Shown here piece after piece: positions 30,223-40,252 of a stretch of DNA of 64,000 bases. The notes beneath the pieces were generated by a model that saw only the letters and a list, made by a program, of their open reading frames with translations, made no database searches and was not told the origin of the DNA. Positions within the stretch are counted from its first letter, which is position 1. Every line of letters begins with the position of its first letter. Both the position numbers and the translations under genes were made by a program. Source of the DNA: Candidatus Parcubacteria bacterium (lineage in GTDB: Bacteria > Patescibacteriota > Microgenomatia > UBA12405); contig JAEZTF010000007.1 in assembly GCA_023443725.1 (NCBI GenBank), forward strand, positions 2,391-66,390, written 5' to 3'.

Positions 30223-31034
30223 ACTTAAATCTTAGCAGATTAAAGCTAAAAGTAATCGACTAAAACAAAAACATTCGTTTTAGAGGCTCTGGTGAAGTCT
30301 TAGGTTCAAATTGCCTATCTTTAGGTTAAAACATCTACAGGAGGGGACTTGGATCAATTAAGGGGAGTCAATTTATTAAAAATAAAGCTGGCTAATAAAT
30401 TTAAAGGAGAAAACAAAACCAGGTGATAAAAGTCATTTTTTTAAATATAAAAATAATTAAAAACTAATAAGGGTAATTAAAAACCAAAAATTAGAAAAAA
30501 TTATTTTTCTTAAAACTCCCATCCCCTCGCTTCAAAACTTTAACAGAGTCGTAAAAGATACATTGTGCGACATAGTATATAAGCTCACCCACCATCAGGC
30601 GATAGCAGTCATTGTTTGTTTAACAATTACTCTAATTAATCCTTTAATACTTTATTAATCCTTTTAATTATTAACCATCAACTCTACTTCCACCCCTTCT
30701 CTAGGCGTACAGTTTGATATACTTACCAGGCATAAACTTATCCACAGAGACTATATCATACTATATCAACTCTCTACCCGTGAAAATTATAGGATATATT
30801 GTGAAAATAATTATAGGATATATATTATAGGACTCTCCCCTTCTTCATCCATCTACTATTATTTTTTATTAGCCAATAATCCTTTTATTCTTAAATCATC
30901 AACTACACTTCATAAGTTATTACATCTAATTTGTGACTATCAACAATAGTAATCAAATATTCAATCAATTCCCTAGTCTCCCCTTTCTAAAATAGAAGAA
31001 AATTATACCTAAAGATTGGCAAAATTCACCTATT
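30223..31034. other. ~810 bp ORF-free, repeat-rich non-coding region (function unknown)
   Basis: No ORF of 60 aa or more in any frame. It contains a perfect DnaA-box 9-mer TTATCCACA (30738-30746), a tandem ~24-bp repeat tgaaaat(a)attataggatatat x2.5 (30781-30833), a degenerate ~36-bp direct repeat at 30657 and 30878, and recurrent CTCCCCTT-type motifs. Confidence 0.5.
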
Positions 31035-32792
31035 TCATATAAATCCACCTACTTGAATACCCCAAAGTTTCTTATATATACCACTTTTAATCTTTATTAA
31101 AGTTGTATGTTTACCATCTTCTACTATTTTCTTATCATGAATAACCACTATTCTGTCTACTTTTCTAATAGTTGATAATCTATGAGCTATTACTATCACT
31201 GTTTTGTCTCTCATTAACTTATCTAAAGATGCTTGAATATATTTTTCTGATTCTGAATCAAGACTAGATGTTGCCTCATCCAACACTAAAATTGGCGCAT
31301 TGCGTAATATTGCCCTAGCAATTGCTACTCTTTGTCTTTCTCCTCCAGACAGTTTAATACCCCTTTCACCAACAAAAGTTTGATAACCTAATTCCAACTT
31401 ACTAATAAATTCATCGCAATGAGCTAATTTTGAAGCTTCAATTACTTCATCATCAGTTGCTTCTGGCCTACCATATCGAATGTTTTCCATTAAACTTCTA
31501 TGAAACAAGACTGGATCTTGTGGAACCATACTAATTGCTTCTCTTAAGCTTTGCTGAGTAACTTTAGAGATATCTTGTCCATCAATCAATATCTTTCCAT
31601 CTTTTAAGTCATACAATCTCAATAATAATTTGATTAGAGTTGTTTTACCTGATCCAGATGTACCTACCAAGGCTACAGTTTCTTTAGCTTTGATTTTTAG
31701 ACTAAAATTATCAATCACATTTTCGCCATTTTCATAACCAAAACATACTTTATCAAAATCTATCTCTCCATTCCTGATTATCAAATCATTAGCATCAAAA
31801 GCATCAGCAATTTCATGTGGTGTGTCAAAAATAATTGTCATTTCTTCTGCTTCTGCCAATCTTTCGTAAATTTTACTGATGATTCTACCAAAATCCCAGA
31901 CCATCATCATTACTGTCAAAATATATGATTGTATCAATACAAAATCTCCAATAGTTAAAATACCTTTATTCCAAAGTTTAATCGCAAAATAAAAAATTCC
32001 TACTTCTAAGATCATCAATAAAAAAGATTGAATACCGTAGAAAAGAGCACTTAAATTCCAAGTAAATCGTCTTAGCTTATGCAAATTTTCAACTAAATTG
32101 AAATAGTTTTTAACTTCATTCTTTAGACCGTTAAACAATTTAATGTTTGTATTATTAGTCACGGTATCTGCTAAACAACTACTAGTAGCTGTTTCCGCTT
32201 CACTTCGTTGTATATCGTATTTCAACTTATATCTAGTGAAACCCCAATTAATCATTAAAAATATTCCGATCCAGACCAACATACCTAAACCCAAATAAAT
32301 ATTAACTCTTCCCAAGATTATGGTAATTACTAAAATCGTTACCAAAGCCGGGATTAATTCATAAAACAGTTGGTCCGCTAAAACTTCAAAAGCTGAGACA
32401 AAACTTTTGACTTTTTTAACTAAAGAACCGGTAAAATTATTAGAAAAATAAGCAAAAGAATGATCATGTATATAAGTAAAACATTTAACATTTAAATCAG
32501 CCATTAGTCTTGATTCGTAAAAATTCAAAATATAAAAAGCCAATCTCCAAAAGATCCACCTGATTAGTTTTAAAATGGCAATTGTTAATAGTATTCCCAA
32601 TAATGCTTGAACTATTACATCTTTTGGTTTGTTTTCAGCTAAAATATTAAAAAAATTCTTAAAATATACCGGAACAATAGATTCAATTATTGTTGCACTA
32701 ATTATAGAAAAAACCATTATCGATCCTATCAGATGATATTTCTTCATGCTTTGCCAGTAGTACCATAGTGTTCTTTTAGTTTTATTTTTCAT
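31035..32792 (-). CDS. ABC exporter, fused permease and ATPase (MsbA/type I exporter family)
   Basis: Six-TM N-terminal half. The C-terminus has Walker A GTSGSGKTT, signature [14 protein letters not shown] and Walker B LVLDEATSSLD. Confidence 0.85.
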   Translation of the reverse strand: MKNKTKRTLWYYWQSMKKYHLIGSIMVFSIISATIIESIVPVYFKNFFNILAENKPKDVIVQALLGILLTIAILKLIRWIFWRLAFYILNFYESRLMADLNVKCFTYIHDHSFAYFSNNFTGSLVKKVKSFVSAFEVLADQLFYELIPALVTILVITIILGRVNIYLGLGMLVWIGIFLMINWGFTRYKLKYDIQRSEAETATSSCLADTVTNNTNIKLFNGLKNEVKNYFNLVENLHKLRRFTWNLSALFYGIQSFLLMILEVGIFYFAIKLWNKGILTIGDFVLIQSYILTVMMMVWDFGRIISKIYERLAEAEEMTIIFDTPHEIADAFDANDLIIRNGEIDFDKVCFGYENGENVIDNFSLKIKAKETVALVGTSGSGKTTLIKLLLRLYDLKDGKILIDGQDISKVTQQSLREAISMVPQDPVLFHRSLMENIRYGRPEATDDEVIEASKLAHCDEFISKLELGYQTFVGERGIKLSGGERQRVAIARAILRNAPILVLDEATSSLDSESEKYIQASLDKLMRDKTVIVIAHRLSTIRKVDRIVVIHDKKIVEDGKHTTLIKIKSGIYKKLWGIQVGGFI

Positions 32793-32832
32793 TTAAGTAA
32801 TTCTAATTATACCCTATTCTATCCACTTATCT

Positions 32833-33789
32833 TTGTATATAATCAAAATAGTGAACTCAATAATAGATAAAATTTATCAACAAGCTAAAACTAGTATTAA
32901 AAAAATAGTTTTAGTTGAACCAGAGGACGAACGAATAATTAAAGCTATTCAAATTGCCAAAAAAGAAAAGTTGGCCGACATCACTCTATTAGACATCTTG
33001 CCTAAAAAACACCCCATGTTTAATCAATTTGTTGAACAATTTTATGAATTACGAAAAGATAAAGGTATTACCATTGATCAAGCCAAAGAAATAATCTCTC
33101 ATCCATTATATTTTGGAACTATGATGGTTAAAAATAAGATTGTCGATGGTATGGTCGCTGGAGCTAATAATACTAGTTTAGAAACATTTCGTCCTGCCCT
33201 ACAAATCATTAAAACAAAACCAGGAGAATCAATTGCTTCTAGTTTTTTTATTATTCATGTCCCAAATACTGATTTTGGTCACCAAGGAACTTTTATTTTT
33301 GCTGACTGTGGTCTTAATATTAACCCAAACGCCGAAGAATTAGCTCAAATTGCTATTCAATCGAGTCATTCATTTCAACAACTAATAGGTGGTCAACCAA
33401 AAATTGCCATGCTTTCCTACTCTACAAATAGCAGTGGTGCGGGAGAATCTGTAGATAAAGTCAAAAAAGCGACTCAAATAGTCAAAAATAATTATCCCAA
33501 CTTAATTATCGAAGGAGAAATTCAATCTGACGCCGCTATTATTCCCGAAATAGCTATTCGCAAAAATTCTCATAGCCAACTTCAGGGTCAAGCCAATATC
33601 TTAATATTTCCTAATTTAGACTCTGGCAATATCGCCTATAAATTAGTTGAAAGACTTAGTCATGCACAAGCTTTTGGTCCTCTACTCCAAGGTATTAACC
33701 AACCAATAAACGACCTTTCTCGTGGTTGTAATGTTGACGATATAGTTACCACTATAGCCATTACCAGTATTCAGGCTACTTCCAACTAG
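32833..33789 (+). CDS. pta: Phosphate acetyl/butyryl-transferase
   Basis: 318 aa with PTA_PTB-like motifs (DGMVAGA, SRGCNVDDIV). Confidence 0.75.
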   Translation: MYIIKIVNSIIDKIYQQAKTSIKKIVLVEPEDERIIKAIQIAKKEKLADITLLDILPKKHPMFNQFVEQFYELRKDKGITIDQAKEIISHPLYFGTMMVKNKIVDGMVAGANNTSLETFRPALQIIKTKPGESIASSFFIIHVPNTDFGHQGTFIFADCGLNINPNAEELAQIAIQSSHSFQQLIGGQPKIAMLSYSTNSSGAGESVDKVKKATQIVKNNYPNLIIEGEIQSDAAIIPEIAIRKNSHSQLQGQANILIFPNLDSGNIAYKLVERLSHAQAFGPLLQGINQPINDLSRGCNVDDIVTTIAITSIQATSN

Positions 33790-34561
33790 TTGTCAAAATA
33801 ATTCCCAATATTATTGCCACTAGTACCCAAACAAACACTAACCAAGATTTTTTAAATAATCTATCTCTTAAATCCAACTGAATTAGACTACTTAAAACAT
33901 AGATAATCGCCACCAAATAAACTGATCCTTTGAAAATTCCAACCGGCCAAAAACTAAAAACTAATGCTAATTGAGATAATATAAAAGCCGGAACTAATGA
34001 ATAATACCAAATGTTTTTGTTTTCTCCATCATCAGGTAACTCAATCGTTACACTATAAAATAGATATAAAAATACTAAAAACGATATCCCAAATACTCCT
34101 AATGCATTTATCCAATAATTAAACTTAAACGAAAATAAACTGTCAAATAAAGAAAATGACATTAAAAGCCACAAAATAAAACCAACGGTATAAGCTGCTC
34201 TATATAATGGTGGAGTCCTATTACCTATAGAAACTAAAAAAACATTTTCTACTAGAAAAATTACATAAGCTATTAATCCAAACAAAGCACTAGCCAAAAA
34301 AACTGTTAAAAAATTTTGTGGCAGCAAGGCCGAAAAAAGTCCAAAACCAACAAAAAAACCCACCGGTAAAATAATAGACATTAATCTAATATAAATACTT
34401 TTTTCAAAAATAATCCCCAATCCAAACCAAAAACAAAAAGATACTAAAACTATTCCTACTGATAAACCATAATAATGAGAGTCATAAGGTAAACTAATAA
34501 AAAAATAAAAACCTATTGCCGATAATATAGATGAAATCAAATATCTGATTTTTTTAGACAT
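33776..34561 (-). CDS. Hypothetical polytopic membrane protein
   Basis: About 8 predicted TM helices and no motif recognised. Confidence 0.35.
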   Translation of the reverse strand: MSKKIRYLISSILSAIGFYFFISLPYDSHYYGLSVGIVLVSFCFWFGLGIIFEKSIYIRLMSIILPVGFFVGFGLFSALLPQNFLTVFLASALFGLIAYVIFLVENVFLVSIGNRTPPLYRAAYTVGFILWLLMSFSLFDSLFSFKFNYWINALGVFGISFLVFLYLFYSVTIELPDDGENKNIWYYSLVPAFILSQLALVFSFWPVGIFKGSVYLVAIIYVLSSLIQLDLRDRLFKKSWLVFVWVLVAIILGIILTTSWK

Positions 34562-34571
34562 AAACTATAGT

Positions 34572-35291
34572 CTAATTATAATCAAAACCAGCATAAACAC
34601 CAATCACATCATCATTATCTTCTAGTTCTCCTATAAAATCCATTATTTTATTTAATTGATCTTCATTTTCCAATTTAATTGGATTAATAGCTCTATAAAC
34701 TATTTCCGATCCTACTACGACTATTCCACTGTTCTTAGCCTTATTAACTAAATCATTCATTTTTTCAACTTTAACCAAAACTAAATTATTATCAAAATCT
34801 TCAGCTCCCATGTCGATTAATCCCAATTGTTTATTTTCATCAATTTGATTTTTATCTTCAACTTCAATCTCCACTTCTCCTATTTTTTGAAACTGAAACA
34901 TCACTGAATTAGATTCACCTAAAACTCCTTCGTAATTTCTAAAGATAAGTTTAATTTCACTTAATATTCTGTTTTTATTATCCGTCTCTGCTTCTATTAT
35001 TAGCGGTACTCCAAAAGGACCATAGCCTTCTAATAGAATCGACACTAAATTCGTTTTTCTTTCTTCAAATCTAGTGATTAATCTTTCTATATTTTCTTTG
35101 GGCATATTAACTGCTTTAGCTTTATCTATAGCAATCTTTAAACTCAAATTTGAATCTGGATTAGTATTTCCACCATTAGACCTAATGGACGTTAAAATAT
35201 CTTTTGACAATTTAGTAAAAGCTTCGCTTCTTTTTTTATCTTGAGCTCCTTTTCTATTTTTGATATTAGCCCATTTGGAATGACCTGACAT
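34572..35291 (-). CDS. yebC: YebC/PmpR family transcriptional regulator
   Basis: N-terminal MSGHSKWANIKNRKGAQDKKR is diagnostic of this family. Confidence 0.9.
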   Translation of the reverse strand: MSGHSKWANIKNRKGAQDKKRSEAFTKLSKDILTSIRSNGGNTNPDSNLSLKIAIDKAKAVNMPKENIERLITRFEERKTNLVSILLEGYGPFGVPLIIEAETDNKNRILSEIKLIFRNYEGVLGESNSVMFQFQKIGEVEIEVEDKNQIDENKQLGLIDMGAEDFDNNLVLVKVEKMNDLVNKAKNSGIVVVGSEIVYRAINPIKLENEDQLNKIMDFIGELEDNDDVIGVYAGFDYN

Positions 35292-35294
35292 AGT

Positions 35295-36119
35295 TTATAT
35301 ATTATTGTAACTAGGGTATTTTATCATTGAAGAAAAGTTATTCCCAAAATAAAATTCAATTTCCTTTTCATTTAAGTTTTCATCATATTCTTTTTGACAA
35401 TTATTAGTTAATTTGTTAAGCATCTTCCAACCCAAACTCTTATTTATATCCAACCTATATTTCACTAAACAATTTTCCACATTATAATCATCCACCAAAG
35501 TTTCAGTAGAAATAACCGAAAAACCCATCCACTCCAATCTTCTAGCCATAAAATTAGCTAAACCACTAATATTAGTCAAATTAAAAACAGATAACTTTAA
35601 GTCTTCTTTAATGACCGCTGTTTCCGCAAAATCTCTAACCATTAATTCATCCAATAAATCTTCTTCTTCTTTAATACTTTTATCCAAAACTTCCTCTTTA
35701 AACAACATTTTATTGGACCACCAATAATATTTTACCCAACACTTATTTTTCCAACCATCAATTTTATCTAAGATTAACACCCTGTCAGCTTTAAAACCAA
35801 AATTATAAAAAAACAATTCATCAACCTTGTCAAGTTGTCTTTCTTGTTTAAGTAAATTTTTAATTGCTTCATTGCGATACCATCCTAAACCACCGGGAAT
35901 CCATAATTTTGACTCTTTATCCAACCTCAAAACATTTATCATTTTTCTTTCAGGAGAGAAAGATATTAACGCTAATCCGTCATCAGCTAAAACACCAATT
36001 CTATAATCTTCTCCCTTAAGATTATTTTTTTTCCAAATAAATAGTAACAAAAGCAATATTAATATTAAAACTGGACCAATAAAAAACCAAATGCCAAATT
36101 TTCTTTTAAACTTCTTCAT
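35295..36119 (-). CDS. Hypothetical N-terminally membrane-anchored protein
   Basis: A single N-terminal TM and no confident family assignment. LCP-like architecture was considered but the motifs are absent. Confidence 0.35.
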   Translation of the reverse strand: MKKFKRKFGIWFFIGPVLILILLLLLFIWKKNNLKGEDYRIGVLADDGLALISFSPERKMINVLRLDKESKLWIPGGLGWYRNEAIKNLLKQERQLDKVDELFFYNFGFKADRVLILDKIDGWKNKCWVKYYWWSNKMLFKEEVLDKSIKEEEDLLDELMVRDFAETAVIKEDLKLSVFNLTNISGLANFMARRLEWMGFSVISTETLVDDYNVENCLVKYRLDINKSLGWKMLNKLTNNCQKEYDENLNEKEIEFYFGNNFSSMIKYPSYNNI

Positions 36120-36777
36120 ATAAGTTCAAAATTGATAATAAATCCTGGGACAGTTCAGACTTAAAACTGATAGTTTCTCCAGAATTAGGATGTCTAAATT
36201 GAACAAAAGTAGCATGTAAAAATGGTCTTTTCAAAAAAGTACTATCCCCTCCGTAAAGTTTATCACCAACTAATGGCCAACCTAAATAATTCATATGGAC
36301 TCGAATTTGATGAGTTCTACCAGTTTTTAAAGTAATTTCTAATAAGCTAAAATATCTTTCATCTTTTTTATATTTTTTAATCAATCTAAAAATAGTCCAA
36401 GCCTCTTTTCCTTCTAAACTTATACCAAATTTACCAAAACCAAATTTCGATCTTCCAATCGGCATTTGTATTTCTCCATCAATAGAAGCATTGCCAGAAA
36501 CTAAACAAATATATTTTTTAACTACTTGTCTATTTTTAAATTGAGCTTTTAAATTAATCAAACTAGATTCATTTTTTGCTATCAATACTAAACCAGAAGT
36601 TCCTTTGTCCAATCGATGCACTATCCCATTTCTAGATAAACCATTTGGTCGAATAGTTTTTAATTCATCTTCAAAGGTCCAACTTTCACCATTTCTTTCT
36701 CGAGTAGTAGTTAACCCAGTTGGTTTTTCTACAACCATTAAATAGTCATCTTCAAAAATTATTTTTATTTTTTCCAT
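36106..36777 (-). CDS. Pseudouridine synthase, RluA family
   Basis: HRLDKGTSGLVLIAKN catalytic Asp motif. The start is trimmed to the internal ATG (MEKIKIIFEDDYLMVVEKP). Confidence 0.8.
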   Translation of the reverse strand: MEKIKIIFEDDYLMVVEKPTGLTTTRERNGESWTFEDELKTIRPNGLSRNGIVHRLDKGTSGLVLIAKNESSLINLKAQFKNRQVVKKYICLVSGNASIDGEIQMPIGRSKFGFGKFGISLEGKEAWTIFRLIKKYKKDERYFSLLEITLKTGRTHQIRVHMNYLGWPLVGDKLYGGDSTFLKRPFLHATFVQFRHPNSGETISFKSELSQDLLSILNLYEEV

Positions 36778-37145
36778 AAAACATCTAATAAAAATAATGA
36801 TACCCCTAAACCTATTAACCAATCATTTAAATTATTAATTAATATTCCACCAAGAGTCCAATAATCCCTAACATAACCAAATATCAACCTATCAATCATA
36901 TTTACTATTCCTCCTATTAAAATTAGACCAAAAAAATAAGATTCATTTTTTAAATAAAACCAACCAATAAAAATCACAAATAAAATGTTCAAAACCAAAG
37001 GATTAAACCAATTCATAGAGAAACTTACTCCATAGTTTTTAGTAATAAAATCAGTTTTACTACTGACCCAAAAATGAACCACTATTTCTAGTAGTACTCC
37101 CAAAAATAAAAATATTATATTTTTAAGCTTCACTTTCCTTTTCAC
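36765..37145 (-). CDS. lspA: Lipoprotein signal peptidase (signal peptidase II)
   Basis: Four TMs, with the GGIVNMIDRLIFGYVRDY Asn/Asp box typical of LspA. Adjacent to rluA as in the conserved lspA-rluD arrangement. Confidence 0.7.
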   Translation of the reverse strand: MKRKVKLKNIIFLFLGVLLEIVVHFWVSSKTDFITKNYGVSFSMNWFNPLVLNILFVIFIGWFYLKNESYFFGLILIGGIVNMIDRLIFGYVRDYWTLGGILINNLNDWLIGLGVSLFLLDVLWKK

Positions 37146-37542
37146 ACTTTACACAAGTTGTTGCTTCTGGGTTAGCTGTCAATCTCGCAGTATCAATCAT
37201 CTTTCCACATTTTTCACAAATCCCATATTTTCCCAATTTAACCATAGTTAAAGCTTTTCTTAATTGAATTGTCCTTTTTGTCAAAAAATTCATTTTTACT
37301 TCTGTATCAAAATGACCAATTTGTTCATCCACATCTTCTTCTAAAGAATTTTCAGATGTTCGATTTACATCTGAAAAAGGATCAGATTTTTTCAATTCTT
37401 TCTTATTTCTTTTAATTTTAACTAACTCTGACTCTAAAAAACTTTTAATTTTATCTAAAAATCTCATTGGTAAATTCGTTTTTAACTTATCCATTTTCAT
37501 TTTTTCTCCTTTTATTAATTGATAAAGACTGAAAAACTTCAC
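37123..37542 (-). CDS. DksA/TraR-family C4 zinc-finger protein
   Basis: C-terminal CEKCGKMIDTARLTANPEATTCVKCE matches CxxC-x17-CxxC, with a coiled-coil N-terminus. Confidence 0.75.
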   Translation of the reverse strand: MKFFSLYQLIKGEKMKMDKLKTNLPMRFLDKIKSFLESELVKIKRNKKELKKSDPFSDVNRTSENSLEEDVDEQIGHFDTEVKMNFLTKRTIQLRKALTMVKLGKYGICEKCGKMIDTARLTANPEATTCVKCEKESEA

Positions 37543-38164
37543 CTAATATAAACAATCCAACTAATGAAATCAAACTAATCAGACCAGATAAAATTAACAA
37601 AAACAACCTGTTTTTAAACCATAATAAAACTCCTAGATTTAACAAAAATATTAAAGCAGTTGTTGCTAAAAATACAAAACCTTTTTTACCACTCTTATAC
37701 CAGACAAAAGATCTGTACCTTTTAGATAACCAAACACTGAATAAATAAGCAATTATTATTACTAATATATAAGATAAAATCTCAATACTTAATTTATTTC
37801 TAATTAATTCATCAATCATTAAAAATGATACAAGTATTAAAAAATTCTTTAAATTATCTTCCATAAATGAAAAGAATTTCCATTGGTTAATCTTACTTAA
37901 CCAAAAAGCAGCTAGAACAAAACCAATTGTAGCTATCAAATAATCCATTCCTGGTTTTTGCCAAACAGATATCCAATCAAACCAATTTTTCCAAACACCC
38001 CAATTTAACAAACCAAAACCAATCCTGCCAAAAATCAAAAAAAAGATAATAGATATCCAACCAAAAGAAATAAGCTTTTCTTCAGGATAATCCCCTCTTA
38101 AATTTCGCCAAGTCAGATACAAAAATAAAACAATACCGATAACTCTAATAATTGCTAAACTCAT
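37487..38164 (-). CDS. Hypothetical polytopic membrane protein (possible Lgt-like)
   Basis: About 7 TMs. The GRIGFGLLN segment loosely resembles the Lgt signature. Low confidence. Confidence 0.3.
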   Translation of the reverse strand: MSLAIIRVIGIVLFLYLTWRNLRGDYPEEKLISFGWISIIFFLIFGRIGFGLLNWGVWKNWFDWISVWQKPGMDYLIATIGFVLAAFWLSKINQWKFFSFMEDNLKNFLILVSFLMIDELIRNKLSIEILSYILVIIIAYLFSVWLSKRYRSFVWYKSGKKGFVFLATTALIFLLNLGVLLWFKNRLFLLILSGLISLISLVGLFILGEVFQSLSINKRRKNENG

Positions 38165-38222
38165 ACTTCTAATTTTAACATCTTAAAACTTACTTAATTA
38201 GGTTATAATATAATCTACTTAA

Positions 38223-38307
38223 GCCGAAATGGCGGAACTGGCAGACGCGCACGACTCAAAATCGTGTGGTAGCAATACCATGGGGGTTCGATTCCCTCTT
38301 TCGGCAC
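38223..38307 (+). tRNA. tRNA-Leu (anticodon CAA)
   Basis: Acceptor GCCGAAA/TTTCGGC, anticodon loop CTCAAAA, long variable arm, T-loop GGTTCGATTCC, discriminator A. 85 nt. Confidence 0.85.
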
Positions 38308-38315
38308 AAAAGATA

Positions 38316-39623
38316 TTATGCTTTCTTTTCCACATCAAAGAAACTGACTTGTTTTCCATTAAAATACAAATTAAAACTTCCAGTTGGACCATTACGGTGC
38401 TTTTCGATACTACAAGTAACCATTTCTCTTATTTCTTCATCATCTCGATACAAAAACATAACTACGTCTGCATCTTGTTCAATACTTCCTGATTCTCTTA
38501 AATCAGACAATCGTGGCTTCCCTCCTCTAGCTTCCATTGCTCGAGACAATTGAGCTAATGCCAACACTGGTACTTTTAATTCTCTAGCTAAATTTTTTAA
38601 ACCTTGAGAAATTTCTGATACTTCTTGTACTCTATTATCTCGAGTGTTTCCATGCATTAGTTGTAAATAATCAACAACTATGAGTTTAATCCCTTTTTCC
38701 ACCTGCAATCTCCTAGCTTTAGTTCTCAACTCTGTCACAGTTAAACCAGGAGTGTCATCTATATATAAAGGTGCTTCAGCTAAAACTCCCATAGCTTCCG
38801 ATAAAGAGTCAAAATCACCAGATGATAATTGGCCTGTCTTTAGTTTCCAAGCATCAATCAAACCTTGTCTAACTAATAAACGATCAACTAATTCTTCTTT
38901 ACTCATTTCTAATGAAAAAACACACACTGGCATTTTATTCTCTACTGCCACCGCCCGAGCCACGTTTAAAGCAAAAGCTGTTTTACCAACCCCTGGTCTA
39001 GCAGCCAAAATTATCAAATTGCTATTTTGCATTCCAGCCAACACGTGATCTAATCCTTTAAAACCAGTTGGTACTCCTCTTAAGCCAGTTCCTAATTTTT
39101 GCAACTCATCTAATCTATCAAAACTAGCAGTCAAAACTTCTTTTAAAGAAGATGGAACCGATTTTAAATGCTTTTGTGATAAAGAAAAGATTTCTTGTTC
39201 TGCCATATCCAAAAGCTGATCAGCAGGCAAACCAGAATCAAAAGATTTTTCAGTTATTTTTGCTGCTGCTGTTATTAATTCTCTTTTAGCTGATAAGGCT
39301 TTTATAATTCTTCCATAACTCTCTACATTAGCTGCTGTAGGTACTTCACTAGCCAATTTTGATAAAAAAGCTTTTCCGCCAATTTTTTTTAAAAGTTTAC
39401 TTTCTGTCAATTTTTCAGAAACTGTCACAATATCTATAGGCATTCTATCCTCATACAAATCCATCATTGCCTTATAAACTTTACCGTAATTTTGATTATA
39501 AAAATGTTCTGCTCTTAAAAAATCGGAAACATTCAACACCGCATCATTATCAATCAAAATCGATCCTAAAACACAAACCTCCGCCTCTGGAGAATTTGGC
39601 GGTAATCTTAACACCTCTTCCAT
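38316..39623 (-). CDS. dnaB: Replicative DNA helicase DnaB
   Basis: Walker A ARPGVGKTAF and the DnaB N-terminal domain. 435 aa with no intein. Confidence 0.9.
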   Translation of the reverse strand: MEEVLRLPPNSPEAEVCVLGSILIDNDAVLNVSDFLRAEHFYNQNYGKVYKAMMDLYEDRMPIDIVTVSEKLTESKLLKKIGGKAFLSKLASEVPTAANVESYGRIIKALSAKRELITAAAKITEKSFDSGLPADQLLDMAEQEIFSLSQKHLKSVPSSLKEVLTASFDRLDELQKLGTGLRGVPTGFKGLDHVLAGMQNSNLIILAARPGVGKTAFALNVARAVAVENKMPVCVFSLEMSKEELVDRLLVRQGLIDAWKLKTGQLSSGDFDSLSEAMGVLAEAPLYIDDTPGLTVTELRTKARRLQVEKGIKLIVVDYLQLMHGNTRDNRVQEVSEISQGLKNLARELKVPVLALAQLSRAMEARGGKPRLSDLRESGSIEQDADVVMFLYRDDEEIREMVTCSIEKHRNGPTGSFNLYFNGKQVSFFDVEKKA

Positions 39624-39630
39624 ATATTTA

Positions 39631-40218
39631 TTATACTATTTTCAATAATTTCAATTCTAACCCATCAGGTAAGTTTTCTTTATCTACTTTTAGAGATTCT
39701 ATTGCTTCGATTCCCTCTTCATCCGCTTCATCCAAAAATCCCTTTAAATTTTCTTTATCGCCAACAGGAATCAAATAATTAACTCCCCATTTTTTTGACC
39801 AATCTTTTATTAATTTAAAATTAACCTTACCACCAATAGCTGTCGGAGCTAAAAGTACATCTATTCCTTGAAACCTTTCTATTTTTTTATCGCTTAAAGA
39901 TTCATTTAATTCACCAAGTATCAACACTGAAATTCCATCAACTTTAATATCATAAATTGTTTTATTTGATTCAACATCCGAACCCCAAATTTCAACACCT
40001 CCAATTTCATATTCTCCAGCCCCAGCTACCACTATTTTATCTCCCAAAAAATTACTTATATTTAAATTATTATCAGTAAATATTACTATCCTAGAAACTT
40101 TGTCTTTTTCTAATAAATCACTACTAGGATTAATCAATATATTTTCTTTTTTACCCTTAATAAGGGCACTATATTTATCTAACAACTTAATCTCCATATG
40201 TAACAATAATATCACCAT
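39631..40218 (-). CDS. Hypothetical protein, possibly MBL-fold (Lactamase_B_3-like)
   Basis: Weak resemblance only, with no His motif confirmed. Confidence 0.3.
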   Translation of the reverse strand: MVILLLHMEIKLLDKYSALIKGKKENILINPSSDLLEKDKVSRIVIFTDNNLNISNFLGDKIVVAGAGEYEIGGVEIWGSDVESNKTIYDIKVDGISVLILGELNESLSDKKIERFQGIDVLLAPTAIGGKVNFKLIKDWSKKWGVNYLIPVGDKENLKGFLDEADEEGIEAIESLKVDKENLPDGLELKLLKIV

Positions 40219-40252
40219 TTTTCTCTTTTTGTGATATCATCTAGGTTAGTTT

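Noticed and set aside
30223-31034. CRISPR array or RNase P/tmRNA in the long non-coding region
   Set aside because: Repeats are few, unequal and not regularly spaced, and no cas genes are present. No AGGAAAGTCCGGGC (RNase P P4) motif, tmRNA tag-reading frame or GGTTCGA...CCACCA motif was found on either strand.
35295-36119. LCP (LytR-CpsA-Psr) family assignment
   Set aside because: It has the N-terminal TM plus extracytoplasmic architecture, but the conserved Arg/Asp LCP motifs are not visible, so it is left as hypothetical.
38229-38553. ORFs 38229-38492 and 38266-38553 (+)
   Set aside because: They overlap the tRNA-Leu gene and lie antisense to the dnaB 3' end. The translation begins inside the tRNA and is not a real CDS.
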